The notes beneath the pieces were generated by a model, which did no database searches, had not been told where the DNA came from, and saw nothing but the letters and a program-made list of their open reading frames with translations. Below are positions 56,016-64,000 of a stretch of DNA of 64,000 bases, piece after piece. This stretch comes from a virus (taxonomy: Duplodnaviria; Caudoviricetes), in IMG/VR virus record IMGVR_UViG_2639763012_000002, positions 29,914 to 93,913 of that record; one strand, 5' to 3'. The position numbers were made by a program, and so were the translations under genes. Within the stretch, counting starts at the first letter, position 1. Every line of letters begins with the position of its first letter.

Positions 56016-56569
56016 CCCAGCCCCTGCCTCTCCCGCACACAGGCATGGCAGTAGGCGGTGCCATCAGGCAGCCGGCGCCGCCACACCGCCTGGTCGTGGC
56101 CTCGCCGGCACTCCTCCGCGTTGGCAATCCCGAGCAGCGCAGCCAGCGCCTCACGCACCCGCTGACGTCCGGCGGTGTCGTCCAGATGGGTCGGGGCTAC
56201 GCAGTCCTCGGGCATGTCACACTCGGGCAGCACATGCCCCACGGGCTCGCGACCGTTGGCCCAAACGAAAGCGAGGCGGCGCACGGGGTAGTGACGGCCA
56301 CGGTGGTTGATCTCCGGCATCCTGCGGTCTCGGGGGCCGTCCCACCTCACATGACCGCCGTCGACCAGCACGGCGTGCTGTGCCCACCGATGCAGCAACG
56401 GCGCAGTGGCGCGGCGCCCCCGGGACCGAGGCGGCATCCCCGCCTCGTCCCGGATGCGGTTGACCGTGCGCCACGCGAGCCCGAGATCACGGGCTACCCG
56501 CTGCACCGGGGCACCAGCACGCAACCGCCGCTCGATCTCGGCCCGTTGCCCGAACGTCACCTGCGCCAC
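56012..56569 (-). CDS. HTH plus HNH/zinc-binding-like protein
   Basis: N-terminal HTH; RRLAF....GR...C....CV.P.HL; CRRGH...CHAC. Confidence 0.65.
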   Translation of the reverse strand: MAQVTFGQRAEIERRLRAGAPVQRVARDLGLAWRTVNRIRDEAGMPPRSRGRRATAPLLHRWAQHAVLVDGGHVRWDGPRDRRMPEINHRGRHYPVRRLAFVWANGREPVGHVLPECDMPEDCVAPTHLDDTAGRQRVREALAALLGIANAEECRRGHDQAVWRRRLPDGTAYCHACVRERQGLG

Positions 56570-57132
56570 GGGCCAACCTCCGGCCAGCCCACCCTTTCCA
56601 GGCGTGCCCGTTGCGCCGCCGGCAGCTCAACCATCGGCACGCCGAGGTGTTCGAGGCCAGCAGCGCGCAGCCACCAGGCGTCGCACTGGTTGTCGTCGGT
56701 GAACTCGACCCCACCGCGCTTGTAGGCGGCGATCGCCATGGCCGCCTTGTCGCCGTTGCCGCGGCCGGTGGCAAACGCCTTGAGAGTGGCCGGGGTGATG
56801 ACCGCGTAGGGGATGTCGAGCCGGCACAGCAGCGTCCGGACGGCGCCGTGGACCATACCGACGATCCCTGCCGCCTTCGCGTGGGTCGGCAGGTCCTCCA
56901 GCACTACGAGGTCCGGTCCGGGGCCGAGCGCCAGAGCGAGTTCGCCCCCGAGCGCGATCTGGACAGCCTCCTCGATCTGGAGGAGCCGGCGGTCACCGTC
57001 CCTGGTCTTGGTCTTCACGGTTCCGGTGGTGCCATCGCGGTAGGCGATACCCGTGGCGGTGAGCGACAGGTCGAGCCCGACAACCTGGGGCCGCCGGCCG
57101 GCGCCGGGGTCAGGGCTTGTGGTGGTGTGCAT
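56557..57132 (-). CDS. RuvC-like Holliday junction resolvase
   Basis: VVGLDLSLTATG, VVLEDL, PATLKAFATG.GN.DK, DNQCDA. Confidence 0.85.
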   Translation of the reverse strand: MHTTTSPDPGAGRRPQVVGLDLSLTATGIAYRDGTTGTVKTKTRDGDRRLLQIEEAVQIALGGELALALGPGPDLVVLEDLPTHAKAAGIVGMVHGAVRTLLCRLDIPYAVITPATLKAFATGRGNGDKAAMAIAAYKRGGVEFTDDNQCDAWWLRAAGLEHLGVPMVELPAAQRARLERVGWPEVGPWRR

Positions 57133-57212
57133 GGGGTGTGTGGTCTCCTGGTTAGTGCGGCCCGCCACGCCCCCAGCGCGAATGGGGGCGGGGCGGGTTT
57201 CGCGCGTCGTGA

Positions 57213-57596
57213 TCACCGGCGGCGGTCAGTCGTATTGGCGGCCCACGCGGGCCGGGGAGGCTGCGGCGGCCCGGTCGCCACGAACGGCCGGTACACCGGC
57301 CTCGGCGGGGCGGGCAGCTCCGGCGGACGGCCGGCCGAGACCCGCAGCCGGGGGCCGTAATTGCCGGGGATGGGCGGGAGAGGCGCAACCCACCAGCCGG
57401 CGTCGATGAGCGCCCGCTCGACCGCTATGGCGTGCTGGCCGAACAGCAGGTGCAGCACCACGACCGCCCCGCCGTCACCGTCCCGCTCGTCGGCAACCGC
57501 CGACCGGATGCCCTCCGGGTATGGGTGCCCGGTGTGCCGCCCGATCGCGGCCTCCGCGATACGCCGCACCTCGGCCACGGCCTGGTCGTCATCCAC
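57213..57596 (-). CDS. Hypothetical protein
   Basis: Coupled ORF. Confidence 0.5.
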   Translation of the reverse strand: MDDDQAVAEVRRIAEAAIGRHTGHPYPEGIRSAVADERDGDGGAVVVLHLLFGQHAIAVERALIDAGWWVAPLPPIPGNYGPRLRVSAGRPPELPAPPRPVYRPFVATGPPQPPRPAWAANTTDRRR

Positions 57597-58397
57597 GGCG
57601 CGCCTCCGGCATCGACACGGTCAGCGTCGGCCCATCCGGATCGGGCTGCGTGATCTCCTGTGTGGTCTCCGCACGCCAGCAGCCACATCGCCCCCCACGG
57701 GACGGGTGAGCAGCCGTGGCGAGGTGACGCTCCAGCAGCTCCCGCGTCTCGTCCGGGCCCAGGCCCCAGTCCAGGCAGATGCCCGCCAGCCGGGCCCGAG
57801 GCCCGAGCTGCTGCTCGACCTCGGCCGGCGGGCGCACCCGCCGCCACACCGCGCGTACTCCGGCGGTGACGGCCATGCCCGTGGTGCCGAGGAGCACCGA
57901 GGTGCCCAGCAGCCACGGGCCGCCCCACACCACCACCATGGTGGTCAGGTCAGCCACGACCCTCACCTCGCGCGGCCAGTTCGTCAGCCAGCTCCTCCAC
58001 AGGGCTGGTTGTGCGGCAGAGCGCGGCGGCGGGGAGCCCCGCCACCGCGACCAGCCACAACGTGATCGATGTCATCGTCATCAGTGCTCCGGCAGTCGTG
58101 TTGGATGCCGCCGCCCCGGCCGGCCCGGCGCTGCATGGGGGGAGGGGCAGCGGCACGGCGGGGGCGGCGGCGGTCAGTTGGGAGACCCCTGGTGGGTCTC
58201 CATCGGGGGCGGCGTAAGCCGCACCCACTCCCGGACAGAACCGGCCTCAGGCTCAGGCTCAGGCGGAGGATCGGCAGCGAGGCGAACCAGTAGCCCCGGG
58301 CGCGGGGCGCGGCGGCGGCCAGTCGGCACCAGCCGCGCCCACCACGCCCACACCAGCACGACCGCGCACACCGCCAGCGCGACGGCCGCCACGACGG

Positions 58398-58802
58398 TCA
58401 CCGGTCTCCCCTATCCCTCGGCGCGGGGAGCGCCAGCACCGACGTCAGCTGGGACGCCAGCACGGAGCATCGGCCACGCTCCCTGTGCATCCGCGCGTAG
58501 TAGTACGCCGCTCGTCGCCGCGCCGACTGCCACGCAGACCGATACCGAGCCGTCTGCGCGCGAGACACGCACCGTTCCATGCGCAGCGCGGCGATCAGCT
58601 CCAACTGGTGGTTCAGGTGGCGGTTAGCTCCCATGAGCCGGCTGTCCAGCTCCTTCAACTCGCGCGCCAAGTCGGCAGCGGACGCAGCCGCGGCCGCTGC
58701 ACGCTGCTCTGCGGTACGCCGAGCCGCCCGCTCCCGGGCCACGACCGCACGCAAGGCCACGACCCGCCGCAGCAGACCGCGTCTCCTCCTACGCATCGGC
58801 AA
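58398..58802 (-). CDS. Hypothetical coiled-coil protein
   Basis: RYRSAWQSARRRA motif. Confidence 0.5.
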   Translation of the reverse strand: MPMRRRRRGLLRRVVALRAVVARERAARRTAEQRAAAAAASAADLARELKELDSRLMGANRHLNHQLELIAALRMERCVSRAQTARYRSAWQSARRRAAYYYARMHRERGRCSVLASQLTSVLALPAPRDRGDR

Positions 58803-58874
58803 CCGCCTTCCCCACCGGGATCAGCGCCCGTTCCGTCCCCGGGTCGAAACCGACCATGGGACCCGTGTGCCGGG

Positions 58875-60044
58875 TCACGCCCCGCCTCCCATCGCTGCCA
58901 GGAACGCAGCCAGCCGCTCCGGCCCAGCCTCGGCCGGAAGCAGCCCCTCGTTGAGGCGCGCGAACGCCGCCTCGGCCTGTCGCTCGGACAGGCCCCGCTC
59001 GGCAGCCCGAGTGAGGATGCTGCGCCACAGCCCTGCCGGCTCGTCATCCGGGACGATCTCCGCCTCAACGGGCGGCTCCTCTACCGCCGGGGGCGGGGCG
59101 GCGGTCGCGTCGCGCACGTCCTCCTCGAACTCCCGCTGCCGGCGGGCGGCGATCTCCGTCAGCTGTTGCGAGAGCGGGTCGGAGCCGTCGGCCGCACAGT
59201 GCCCGGCCGCACGCGCCTCCCGCCACACATCGCGCACATCCTCGGCAGTCAGGCCGGCCTCGGCCCGCGCGGTGTAGTCCGGCCGGCTGGAGCGCGGCGC
59301 CTCCAGAGCGCGCGGCCCCGTGTCCCCACTGGGGTTGAGCGCAACAGAGGTGGGGATCGGCCCGGACAGCGCCTGGCGCGGCGTCAACCCGCGCACCTCA
59401 ACGGCCACGACAGGGAAACGCTTAGTCATGCCGCTGGCGACACGTTGACGCGGCTCGATCCGCAGCCGCACCGGCACCAGCCCTTTACCGCCGGTGCCAG
59501 CCAGCACCATGTCCACCGTCGACGGCCACTCACCCGAGGCATAGAACGAGTGGGTCTCGGCCCGCCACACCCCCACGTCGGGGAGGTCCGGCAGCACCAC
59601 GCTGATCCGCGAGGTGACCGAGCACACCGTGCCCTTGGGCATCTGGTACCAGAACTCGCCGTGCTCGGCCTCGCACAGGCACGACCGGCGGGAGATCAAC
59701 TCCCGTTGCCCGTCACACCGCCGCTGGCAGCCGCCCTTGGACCACATCTCGTTGTACTGAGACAACGGGTCCCCAGGGGGCAGCAGGGCATCGATCGCCT
59801 CCGCTTCGGTGATGACCCGCCACTGCTCCGGCCCAGTGCCCTGCGGCTGCCACCGCTCAACGGTGCCGCCCCACTGCTCGGCGGCGGCCTGCACGTAGTG
59901 CTCGGCGTGCGAGGTCACCACCCACGTGCGGGACTTGACCGGGCGGGGCCGCTTGTTCGGGTCCTCGCTGGGCTGGCTGTAGCCGGTACGCAACCGGCCC
60001 AGCTCCCGGGCCGTGCGCTGCCGGGTGATGATGCGCGCCCCCAT
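58875..60044 (-). CDS. Actinophage recombination protein (recombination directionality factor-like)
   Basis: ARELGRLRTG...EMWSKGGCQRRCDG...GVWRAETHSFYA..E; adjacent to the exonuclease. Confidence 0.7.
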   Translation of the reverse strand: MGARIITRQRTARELGRLRTGYSQPSEDPNKRPRPVKSRTWVVTSHAEHYVQAAAEQWGGTVERWQPQGTGPEQWRVITEAEAIDALLPPGDPLSQYNEMWSKGGCQRRCDGQRELISRRSCLCEAEHGEFWYQMPKGTVCSVTSRISVVLPDLPDVGVWRAETHSFYASGEWPSTVDMVLAGTGGKGLVPVRLRIEPRQRVASGMTKRFPVVAVEVRGLTPRQALSGPIPTSVALNPSGDTGPRALEAPRSSRPDYTARAEAGLTAEDVRDVWREARAAGHCAADGSDPLSQQLTEIAARRQREFEEDVRDATAAPPPAVEEPPVEAEIVPDDEPAGLWRSILTRAAERGLSERQAEAAFARLNEGLLPAEAGPERLAAFLAAMGGGA

Positions 60045-60892
60045 CAGGCGGCCCTCCCCGCACCGGCGTCGACCAGTTCCCGGGACTCGGCTGGCGGCGG
60101 CGTCAGCGCCTCGTAGGTGTTGCCGGCGCTGGCGTGCATCCACTTCGTGGTTTCCAGCGCGCCACGGAACGCCCGCCACGCCCGCCGGTCACCCGGCATC
60201 GGCACCAGCGCCCGCGACCGGCGCCGCAAGTTCAAGATCCCGGTGCGGGCCACGGCCGGCACCGCCATCTCGGAGTCGTCCGGCAGCAGCACGGTCTCGG
60301 CGTACCGCAGCGCGGCCAACTGCATGGCCTGCTCGGGGAAGACCTGCTTCGCCGGCCGCTTCGCCGACGTCTTGTAGTCGATCAACCACAACTCCAGCGA
60401 CCAGCCAGGGCCTGTGGGCAGCCAGATCAGGCAGTCTCCCGTGCCGGCATAGCCCAACGCCCTGTGCAGGAACGTCATCTCGGCGGCCTCAATGTGCCGA
60501 TCGAGATCGACTCCCCAGGACTCCCACCAGCGCGCCAACTGCCGCGCGTACGGGTCCACCTCGGGATCCGGCGGGTACGGGGCGCCCAGCGCCATCATGT
60601 GCGCCCGGTGGTGGATGCGCGTACCCAGATCGGCCGCGCTCTCCCGTGCGTCCCGGTGCACCTTCTTGATGTCCTTCAGCAGCTCCGCGCGGTCCCGCAG
60701 CGCACGCCGCGCCACGGTCAGCCGGTTGTTCACGCAGTACTCGGCCGTGACCTTCACGGCCCACGGAGTGATCGCGTGCTTCGCGACCCCGGTGGACAGC
60801 ACGTTGGTGACGGACACCAGGTCCGGGCCGCCCTGCGGGTCCTCGTAGTAACGCCCGTTGTCGGTCTCCCGGGCCCACCTCGGATCGGTCAC
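60044..60892 (-). CDS. PD-(D/E)XK RecB/RecE-like phage exonuclease
   Basis: SVTNVL, GTRIH, GYAGTGD, IDYKTS, QLAAL. Confidence 0.88.
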   Translation of the reverse strand: MTDPRWARETDNGRYYEDPQGGPDLVSVTNVLSTGVAKHAITPWAVKVTAEYCVNNRLTVARRALRDRAELLKDIKKVHRDARESAADLGTRIHHRAHMMALGAPYPPDPEVDPYARQLARWWESWGVDLDRHIEAAEMTFLHRALGYAGTGDCLIWLPTGPGWSLELWLIDYKTSAKRPAKQVFPEQAMQLAALRYAETVLLPDDSEMAVPAVARTGILNLRRRSRALVPMPGDRRAWRAFRGALETTKWMHASAGNTYEALTPPPAESRELVDAGAGRAA

Positions 60893-61190
60893 CGTGCGCC
60901 TCCGGCGATCTCGTACCAGCACTCGCCATCAACACCAGGCCCGTGGCCGATCGCGAACCCGCGATCGGCTAGCGCCACCAGGTCCCGCTCGGCCTCGGCC
61001 GGATCGGTCAGCACCACACCATGGCCGGCGTACAGGGCACACACCCGCGCCCCGTCCCACCGACGGCCGTCCTCGGCCCGGACCATCGCACCGAGCAGCG
61101 TCACCTGGCGCATCGTCAGCCCGGAGGTGATCCCGCCGGAGACAGCAGCGCCCCCGGTGACCTTCCTCCCCAGCGTGTCCCTCGTGCCGG

Positions 61191-61553
61191 TCACAGGCCG
61201 ACCTCCTCACGACGCGCACGCGCGTACTCCGGCGAGGCCATCTCCAGCAGAGCCCGCGTCGCCGCGTCCCTGCGCCGCCTCGGCCGCCCCTTGGCCTCCT
61301 CAGCAGCCCCTGCACCAGACAGGTTGGCCAGCTCGCTGGTGTGGTTGGCGACGATCCGCAGGCGATCCGTGACCGCGTGCGGGTCAGCCAGATACGCCAC
61401 AGCCAGCCCCTGCACCAGCGACTCACGGTCACCCAACACCTCAGCGGCACGCCTCTCCGACCGCCCGCTACTCACACCGCGCAGCGCCAGCCAAAACGCG
61501 ACCAGGGCAACAATCGCGCCGAGGATCATCGCGATGGGCAGCCGTACCGTCAT
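61191..61553 (-). CDS. Membrane-anchored hypothetical protein
   Basis: N-terminal TM helix. Confidence 0.55.
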   Translation of the reverse strand: MTVRLPIAMILGAIVALVAFWLALRGVSSGRSERRAAEVLGDRESLVQGLAVAYLADPHAVTDRLRIVANHTSELANLSGAGAAEEAKGRPRRRRDAATRALLEMASPEYARARREEVGL

Positions 61554-62269
61554 GCCGCCACCCCCGGGCCAGCCGGAGGGATCGGCCGCCGCGCCTCAGC
61601 CATGAGGCTCCGCTCCTCCGGAGAGGCACACGCCGCCAGCTGGTCAGCCATGCGGCCCGGCTGCCACAGGCGGATCTCACCCGCGTCCAGGGAGTCGATC
61701 AGGCCATCCATCTCCCGGGCCGGCCCGAACTCCGGCTCCACCAGCAGCCGCTCAAAAATCTCCCCGATCTCGTCCGGGGTGTCCACGTACGCCTCTGCGA
61801 GGGTGCGCAGTACCCGCTCCATGTGCGCGGTGATATCCAACGCGGCCCCAACGGGCCGCCGATCCACATAGATCGGGGTGGGGACCGCGCCCAGCCTCAT
61901 ACGGGAGGCACCCTCCAGCGCAGGGGGCACCGGGGCGTCGACCGGCGCCAGCGCGGCGACCCGGGCACGCAAGCGACGCCGATCGTCCCCGACGGGGATG
62001 GTGGTGTGGAGGGCCCACGTCTCAACGCCGTCCCACGGCGGGGAGATCGCCGGCGTGCCTCCCAGCGCGAGGGCCCACTCCGCCAGGTCATCCAGGGTGG
62101 CAACGGTCACGCCGACCTCGGTTGGGGTCGGGGTGATAGTGGAGTGCGGCAGTGGCATGTAGCCCAGCAGCGCATCCATCTCTCGCGCGTTCCGGTCGCG
62201 GGCAATGCCGCGCGCGACGGCCGGATCAGGCGGTGTCAGTGCCGCCGGGGGGACAGTAGGGTTGGGCAT
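61550..62269 (-). CDS. Hypothetical protein
   Basis: GAGG RBS; coupled. Confidence 0.6.
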   Translation of the reverse strand: MPNPTVPPAALTPPDPAVARGIARDRNAREMDALLGYMPLPHSTITPTPTEVGVTVATLDDLAEWALALGGTPAISPPWDGVETWALHTTIPVGDDRRRLRARVAALAPVDAPVPPALEGASRMRLGAVPTPIYVDRRPVGAALDITAHMERVLRTLAEAYVDTPDEIGEIFERLLVEPEFGPAREMDGLIDSLDAGEIRLWQPGRMADQLAACASPEERSLMAEARRPIPPAGPGVAA

Positions 62270-62608
62270 AGCGCCTACCTCTCGTCATCGGTGTTCGGGG
62301 ATGCAGGTGGGCCTGGGCCGTCCCCCCGTAGCGGGTAGGGGGCGGCCCCAGTCGTTATGCGGCGTTGGCTGCAGTCGAGTTGTGGCGTGTCAGGAGTGTC
62401 GCGACCAGTGCGATCTCCCGATCCGTCATGCGGCAGTCGGCGCAGTGCGTCGGGCTGGAGCGGTGCACACACTGCGCGGCCCACCCCGCCTGCCAGACCA
62501 ACTCGACGTCGTCGAGACGACGGTGGTGCGCCCGGCCACGGCCACATGACCCGCAGGAACTGCGCTCATCGCCGTTCGATGCGCCGCAATCGCACGGCCA
62601 CGCGGCGC

Positions 62609-62896
62609 TCATCGCCGCGCATCCATAGTCAAAACCTCCAGCACTGGGGCCCCCTCTGCGGGCTCCTTGCGCTCCAGCAGCATCGGAGGGCACCCCAGGG
62701 CGCCGGCCAAGCGGGCGCGATTCTCCGGAGTGGCATTCCGCCGACCGTTCTCCATGTCCCTGACCAGGGAACACGCGATGCCAGCGCGGTCTGCGAGCTG
62801 CTGCTGCGTCAGCCCTGCGTGCTGTCGCGCCCACCGCAGCGCCTCCGGGTCGTGATCCAGCGGTGAACCCCGTTTGCGGTACTTACGCACGGTCAT
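62609..62896 (-). CDS. Cro-like XRE HTH regulator
   Basis: LRWARQHAGLTQQQLADRAGIACSLVRDMENGRRN; heads the leftward early operon. Confidence 0.85.
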   Translation of the reverse strand: MTVRKYRKRGSPLDHDPEALRWARQHAGLTQQQLADRAGIACSLVRDMENGRRNATPENRARLAGALGCPPMLLERKEPAEGAPVLEVLTMDARR

Positions 62897-62914
62897 GCCG
62901 GTAACGGTAGCGCC

Positions 62915-62960
62915 GCACTGCGCGCAGTGCAACTCGAGTGCGCGCAGAAGTGCGCGCAGC
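62915..62960. promoter_or_regulatory. Putative immunity operators (three TGCGCGCA palindromes)
   Basis: GCACTGCGCGCAGTGC...GTGCGCGCAGAAGTGCGCGCAG between divergent XRE genes. Confidence 0.65.
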
Positions 62961-63081
62961 TCCTATTTGTGACATTCACCGTGGCACCTCGGGGCGACTC
63001 ACGCGCACGCAGATGCCCTCTGACCTGGCCAATCTCCGCTACAGGTGGATTCAATGTGCCACGGTATGGAATGGTGACCGC

Positions 63082-63669
63082 ATGAGTGAACGCCCACCGC
63101 AGCGCCCAGAGGGCGCCCTTATCGAGACGGCACAAAGGAGTCTGCGCATCCAAGTCAAGGACGCCGCCCAAGCGGCCGGCATCTCTCTGAGTCACTGGCG
63201 CCAAATCGTCACCGGCTGCCAAGCGATCAAGGGCGGCTACAAAAGCGTGCGAGCACCCGACGGGACCCTCGCCAAAATGGCCAACGCGGTCGGCGTCACC
63301 CCCGAAGAGCTGGAGTCGGCCGGCCGCGCGGGCGCCGCATCTGCGCTCCGCGCCATCAAGGACGGCCTGACCAGGCCACCCGGACCACCGAGCGCGGCCA
63401 CACCAACCGCGAGCGACATCCCCCCACCACCCGATGAGGTCGTCTTCAGCCATCCGGTCGAGCTGGAAATCTGGCGCCAGCACGCCACAACCCCCGCAGA
63501 GCGCGCCGACTACATCGCCACCGTGCGCGTGCGTCGAGTCGCCACAGAGCTACGCCAAGAGAATCGGCAACTGCGCGCAGAAGTGCGCGAACTGCGAGCG
63601 CAACTAGAACAGCTACAGCACCAGAATGAATCGACCTCTGCCATCGCAACCCCCAGAGGCTCCCAGTAA
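63082..63669 (+). CDS. CI-like XRE repressor with C-terminal coiled coil
   Basis: VKDAAQAAGISLSHWRQIVTG...TLAKMANAVGVTPEELESAGR. Confidence 0.8.
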   Translation: MSERPPQRPEGALIETAQRSLRIQVKDAAQAAGISLSHWRQIVTGCQAIKGGYKSVRAPDGTLAKMANAVGVTPEELESAGRAGAASALRAIKDGLTRPPGPPSAATPTASDIPPPPDEVVFSHPVELEIWRQHATTPAERADYIATVRVRRVATELRQENRQLRAEVRELRAQLEQLQHQNESTSAIATPRGSQ

Positions 63670-63745
63670 CAAAACGATCACATCGGAAGCACTTTCGATT
63701 CGCAGGATGCGCCCCCCGTGACAGTGTGACCACGGAGGGACATGT

Positions 63746-64000
63746 ATGCCACAAATAGTGCTACTCGCAGTCAGCGCCACCGCCATCGTCATCGCCAGCG
63801 CGGCCCTGGTCTACGCGCGCCACATCCGCCGCGCCATACAGACGCAACTGAACGCCCTACACCTCGACATCGCCCACCTACGCGGCATCCTCATCCAGCA
63901 CGAACGCAACACACAGCCCAACCCGGAAGAGCGCACACTCCGCCTCATACGCCCCCCCGACTCCCCGCCAATACCCCGCCAACGCGGACGCCCCCGCTAG
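63746..64000 (+). CDS. Small membrane-anchored hypothetical protein
   Basis: GGAGGG RBS; N-terminal TM helix. Confidence 0.55.
   Translation: MPQIVLLAVSATAIVIASAALVYARHIRRAIQTQLNALHLDIAHLRGILIQHERNTQPNPEERTLRLIRPPDSPPIPRQRGRPR

Larger units (their letters stand above)
1..64000. mobile_element. Part of a large temperate actinophage/prophage (tail genes, accessory region, replication/recombination genes, immunity switch)
   Basis: Tail-like genes at left; exonuclease, recombination protein, RuvC-like, WhiB, DUF5131, HTH replication proteins and divergent XRE pair at right; dense small overlapping ORFs. No integrase or att site seen in the window. Confidence 0.85.

Noticed and set aside
56557-57132. 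Second TnpB/Cas12-like nuclease
   Set aside because: Short single RuvC-fold protein without zinc finger or IS ends; a typical phage resolvase.
60044-60892. Cas4 belonging to the CRISPR island
   Set aside because: Lacks the Fe-S cysteine cluster, lies about 23 kb away, and is paired with a phage recombination gene; an ordinary phage exonuclease.
1-64000. tRNA/rRNA genes, integrase, att sites
   Set aside because: None recognised by eye; a tRNAscan-SE run would be needed to exclude tRNAs.

Overview
A high-GC, Streptomyces-like temperate phage (prophage or phage-plasmid) segment. From left to right it holds: (1) the end of the tail module, interrupted by a TnpA-less IS200/IS605 (IS1341-type) tnpB element, followed by a GT4 glycosyltransferase; (2) an accessory region with NUDIX, HIT, nucleoside-2-deoxyribosyltransferase and DUF6221 genes; (3) an actinomycete plasmid/AICE-like block (membrane proteins, DUF2637/Spd, excisionase-like HTH, KorSA-type GntR); (4) DUF5131, a GGDEF protein and a replication initiator; (5) about 25 kb of leftward early genes (WYL, WhiB, a second Rep, vWA, RuvC-like, recombination protein, exonuclease) ending at a Cro/CI-like switch. 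The most striking feature is a roughly 5.3 kb 'CRISPR-parts' island at 31.4-36.7 kb. It has an orphan Cas8b/Cst1-like gene and two solitary type I-B-like repeats sitting just behind promoters. It also has an orphan, apparently catalytically altered Cas6e gene embedded inside a degenerate type I-E mini-array, with one repeat overlapping the cas6 stop codon. No cas1, cas2, cas3, cas5 or cas7 is visible, so this looks like a phage anti-CRISPR or CRISPR-hijacking module rather than an immune system. All family assignments come from motif recognition by eye; no database searches were run.
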